IMG/VR virus record: IMGVR_UViG_3300032218_000796 | Coordinates: 1 to 27,359 of that record | Strand: one strand, 5' to 3' | Length of the DNA stretch: 27,359 nucleotides | From: a virus | Taxonomy: Duplodnaviria; Caudoviricetes | In this document: piece by piece, positions 25,143 through 27,359 of the stretch | Position numbering within the stretch: the stretch's first letter is position 1 | Layout of the letters: every line of letters begins with the position of its first letter | Program-made: the position numbers and the translations under genes | The notes under the pieces: generated by a model | Told to the model about the DNA's origin: nothing | Databases searched by the model: none | What the model saw: only the letters and a program-made list of their open reading frames with translations

Positions 25143-25911
25143 CAGGCCATACGGCAAGATATTCAAGGGGCACACCATACCCTACGGTACTCTTGTGGGT
25201 GCAAGTGATGAATTGAAGAAAGTGTATTACACGCACTGTTACATGCGTGATGAGGATATGCCCGAGATACCGTGCCCACCACATGAAGATGTGGAGTGCC
25301 ATAACCCTGAAGAAGAGGTGTTCAAGAAAGATATGGTTAGAGTTGTTGAGGAAGTATTGAACGGCATTACCCCGAGAGAAAAAACTGTGCTGTGTATGCG
25401 ATTTGGGATTGGCCTCAAGCAAGACTACTCACTAGAAGAAATTGGTAATAGATTTGATGTGACTCGTGAGCGGATCAGGCAGATTGAAGCCAAGGCACTA
25501 CGCAAGATGAAGCACCCGTCACGTCTTGATGTGTTTAAAGAATTGCTTGGGTGGTATGAATCAACAGCAGATAAAGAAGCTGAAGCAAAGAAGTTACGAG
25601 AGCAATGGGCGAAGGCACGTGAGAGAGCGCGGGAAAGAGATGAAGCAAAGAAACAAGCTGTGCTCAATGCCCTGCTAAGACGAGAGCAGAAAGAAAGAGA
25701 ATACAAGCAAGAACTTGAGCGAGTGCAACAGGAAGACTTAAGACTACGTGCGAAGTGGGAAGAAATTAAACCGATGGTCTCTGACACTGAGTGGATAGAA
25801 CATATAAAGACAGCGAACCCCGAGATGTATCAAGAGTTAAAGTATTTGGTCGGAGACATTTGGGGTTACAACGCAGACAAAGTTTGGGAGATGTATGCGG
25901 AAAAGAAGTAA
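25129..25911 (+). CDS. Sigma70 region-4 domain protein with a C-terminal coiled coil (no region 2)
   Basis: ITPREKTVLCMRFGIG...YSLEEIGNRFDVTRERIRQIEAKALRKMKHPSR, very close to RpoD region 4. Confidence 0.85.
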   Translation: MEIANRPYGKIFKGHTIPYGTLVGASDELKKVYYTHCYMRDEDMPEIPCPPHEDVECHNPEEEVFKKDMVRVVEEVLNGITPREKTVLCMRFGIGLKQDYSLEEIGNRFDVTRERIRQIEAKALRKMKHPSRLDVFKELLGWYESTADKEAEAKKLREQWAKARERARERDEAKKQAVLNALLRREQKEREYKQELERVQQEDLRLRAKWEEIKPMVSDTEWIEHIKTANPEMYQELKYLVGDIWGYNADKVWEMYAEKK

Positions 25912-26374
25912 GTACAGGCCGAGGAGCGTATTGCTAAATACAATGGGCTATGTGTTGGAGAGCTTCACACCCATATCAAAACTCGACAAGTATTTTATGG
26001 AGTTAAAGATCAAGAACCACATGGCACTGAGTAACTTGACCAAAGGTGTTGCCATGCGTGATGACATTGATTCGTTGATACAGTCAGTGAATATTGTTGA
26101 AGCCTTATATCGTATGGGGTTTGGCCGTGAGTATGCAGACGATGTACGTAAAGGATTAGATGCGTTACATGCAGTTGGTGTACGTGGGGTTGCAAGTGGG
26201 CGATTCATCCTCAAGTCAGAAGAGATGAACGCACTGAACGTGATCATGGAGTTGCATGATGCACAGCTTGAAGTTATCACGCTGAAAGATATGGAGAACG
26301 CAATCAAGTTGGTAGTAGAAGAGTTGCGTCAAAAGAAGATGAGACCGATTGTTAAAAAGGAGATAGTGACATGA
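25895..26374 (+). CDS. Conserved hypothetical phage protein (MRKRSKYRP...)
   Basis: SD GGAG; long helical ORF within the operon. Confidence 0.75.
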   Translation: MRKRSKYRPRSVLLNTMGYVLESFTPISKLDKYFMELKIKNHMALSNLTKGVAMRDDIDSLIQSVNIVEALYRMGFGREYADDVRKGLDALHAVGVRGVASGRFILKSEEMNALNVIMELHDAQLEVITLKDMENAIKLVVEELRQKKMRPIVKKEIVT

Positions 26375-26724
26375 CACCACAGGAAGTATTTTCAAATTTT
26401 ATTGATACCCACCCACGATTTTTTAAAAAGAAAAAGGAATGGTTTATTGACAACTGGCATGTTGTTGAAGCATTTGAAAGAATTGCTTTAAAACTTATTT
26501 CTATGAACCGCGAACATTATTCAGCAAGAACCATTGTTGAAGTCTTGGTGCATCAAAGTGCAGTCAAAGAAATAAACGGGGTGTACAAAATTGGAAACGA
26601 CAACGCACCGGATTTGGCACGGGTGTTTGTTGTATTACATCCGGAACATGTAGACTTTTGGGAATACCGCAGACCTGATTGGCCTTCATTTAAAAAGATG
26701 TTTAACGAAGAAAGCGCACCATGA
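26371..26724 (+). CDS. Hypothetical protein
   Basis: SD AAGGAG and ATGA coupling. Confidence 0.75.
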   Translation: MTPQEVFSNFIDTHPRFFKKKKEWFIDNWHVVEAFERIALKLISMNREHYSARTIVEVLVHQSAVKEINGVYKIGNDNAPDLARVFVVLHPEHVDFWEYRRPDWPSFKKMFNEESAP

Positions 26725-26807
26725 ACAATACTTGGGTATATGTAATTTTGTCCGCAATGATATTTGCATTTTGGGCTTGGGTTGTTTATCTGACAGGTGG
26801 TATATGA
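26721..26807 (+). CDS. 28-aa hydrophobic microprotein MNNTWVYVILSAMIFAFWAWVVYLTGGI
   Basis: Not in the ORF track; ATGA overlaps at both ends. Confidence 0.6.
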   Translation: MNNTWVYVILSAMIFAFWAWVVYLTGGI

Positions 26808-26899
26808 CTTGGCCGTTTCCCCCATTCCCAAACCCCAAGGACAAGGGTAACCGAGTCCCTAAATTTAACCCTGACAACCATGAGGATGCACCGCGATGA
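26804..26899 (+). CDS. 31-aa Pro-rich microprotein MTWPFPPFPNPKDKGNRVPKFNPDNHEDAPR
   Basis: Not in the ORF track; ATGA overlaps at both ends, SD AGGTGG. Confidence 0.65.
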   Translation: MTWPFPPFPNPKDKGNRVPKFNPDNHEDAPR

Positions 26900-27147
26900 A
26901 CAGATCACACACACCTGAAGATATTGAAAAAATACAAAGTGGTTGGCGTAAGCGTCAAATTTCTGATGACGATGACATCCAAATTTATGCTGACGCAAAA
27001 CAAAGAATTTATGATATGGACTGCAACCACGAACGTGATATGCGCAATCGAACACTGGAAGAAGTTGCGCTTGAGTTTGATAAGATGAAAGCCTTTGGGG
27101 ATACGTCAGCATCGTTTGCTGTATTTGTACGGGGGATGAAGCGATGA
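26896..27147 (+). CDS. Hypothetical protein (RNRTLEEVA..F.KM..FG)
   Basis: SD GAGGA; ATGA coupling. Confidence 0.7.
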   Translation: MNRSHTPEDIEKIQSGWRKRQISDDDDIQIYADAKQRIYDMDCNHERDMRNRTLEEVALEFDKMKAFGDTSASFAVFVRGMKR

Positions 27148-27359
27148 ACGACTGTCCAAACTGTGAGCATCACAGGAAACGAGCACAACTGTGGCGTGAT
27201 GAAGCCTACAAGCAAGCAGGGCATCCGTTGCCTGAACGTGAGTGGGTGGGGCTGACGGATCAGGAGATTGGACAAGTTTTCCAAGAAAAATGCACCGAGC
27301 ATGGTCAATTATTAAACGAACGAGCGTTTCGTATTGCCGCTAGATGGGCAGAAGAAAAA
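27144..27359 (+). CDS. Hypothetical protein with CPNC and WVGLTD.EI motifs, truncated by the window edge
   Basis: ATG 27144 (ATGA overlap); open to the end of the window. Confidence 0.7.
   Translation, partial: MNDCPNCEHHRKRAQLWRDEAYKQAGHPLPEREWVGLTDQEIGQVFQEKCTEHGQLLNERAFRIAARWAEEK

Noticed and set aside
25129-25911. Calling this gene rpoD or a functional sigma factor
   Set aside because: Regions 1.2 and 2 are absent; only region 4 is present.
1-27359. Prophage boundaries, integrase/att site, tRNA, alternative genetic code
   Set aside because: No host genes, recombinase catalytic motifs or cloverleafs noticed; genes tile cleanly under the standard code.

Overview
A 27.4-kb fragment of a tailed dsDNA bacteriophage (Caudoviricetes, probably podovirus-like; a betaproteobacterial host is only an inference from gene families and RBS style). 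It has two divergent arms. The minus-strand late arm (1-14.4 kb) runs putative TerS, TerL, portal, GroES-like co-chaperonin, scaffold, major capsid protein, capsid accessory proteins, a cluster of small Lys/Gly-rich proteins, two adaptor-like proteins and tail-fibre-like paralogs. The plus-strand early/replication arm (14.85-27.36 kb) carries a DUF3150-like/MoxR-type AAA+/peptidase-VWA triad, VRR-NUC, a wHTH protein, family-A DNA polymerase, a stand-alone RpoD region-4 protein and many small ORFs. The most notable non-coding signals are: (i) an ~85-nt leader behind the capsid terminator that can fold into three interlocked helices abutting the next Shine-Dalgarno; (ii) seven copies of a 19-bp palindrome GCTTCATAT-C-ATATGAAGC, four of them just upstream of early-gene starts; (iii) a ~350-bp imperfect inverted-repeat element with an IHF box (origin- or packaging-like). 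I saw no integrase, tRNA or CRISPR array. Product calls come from motif recognition and gene order, not from database searches.
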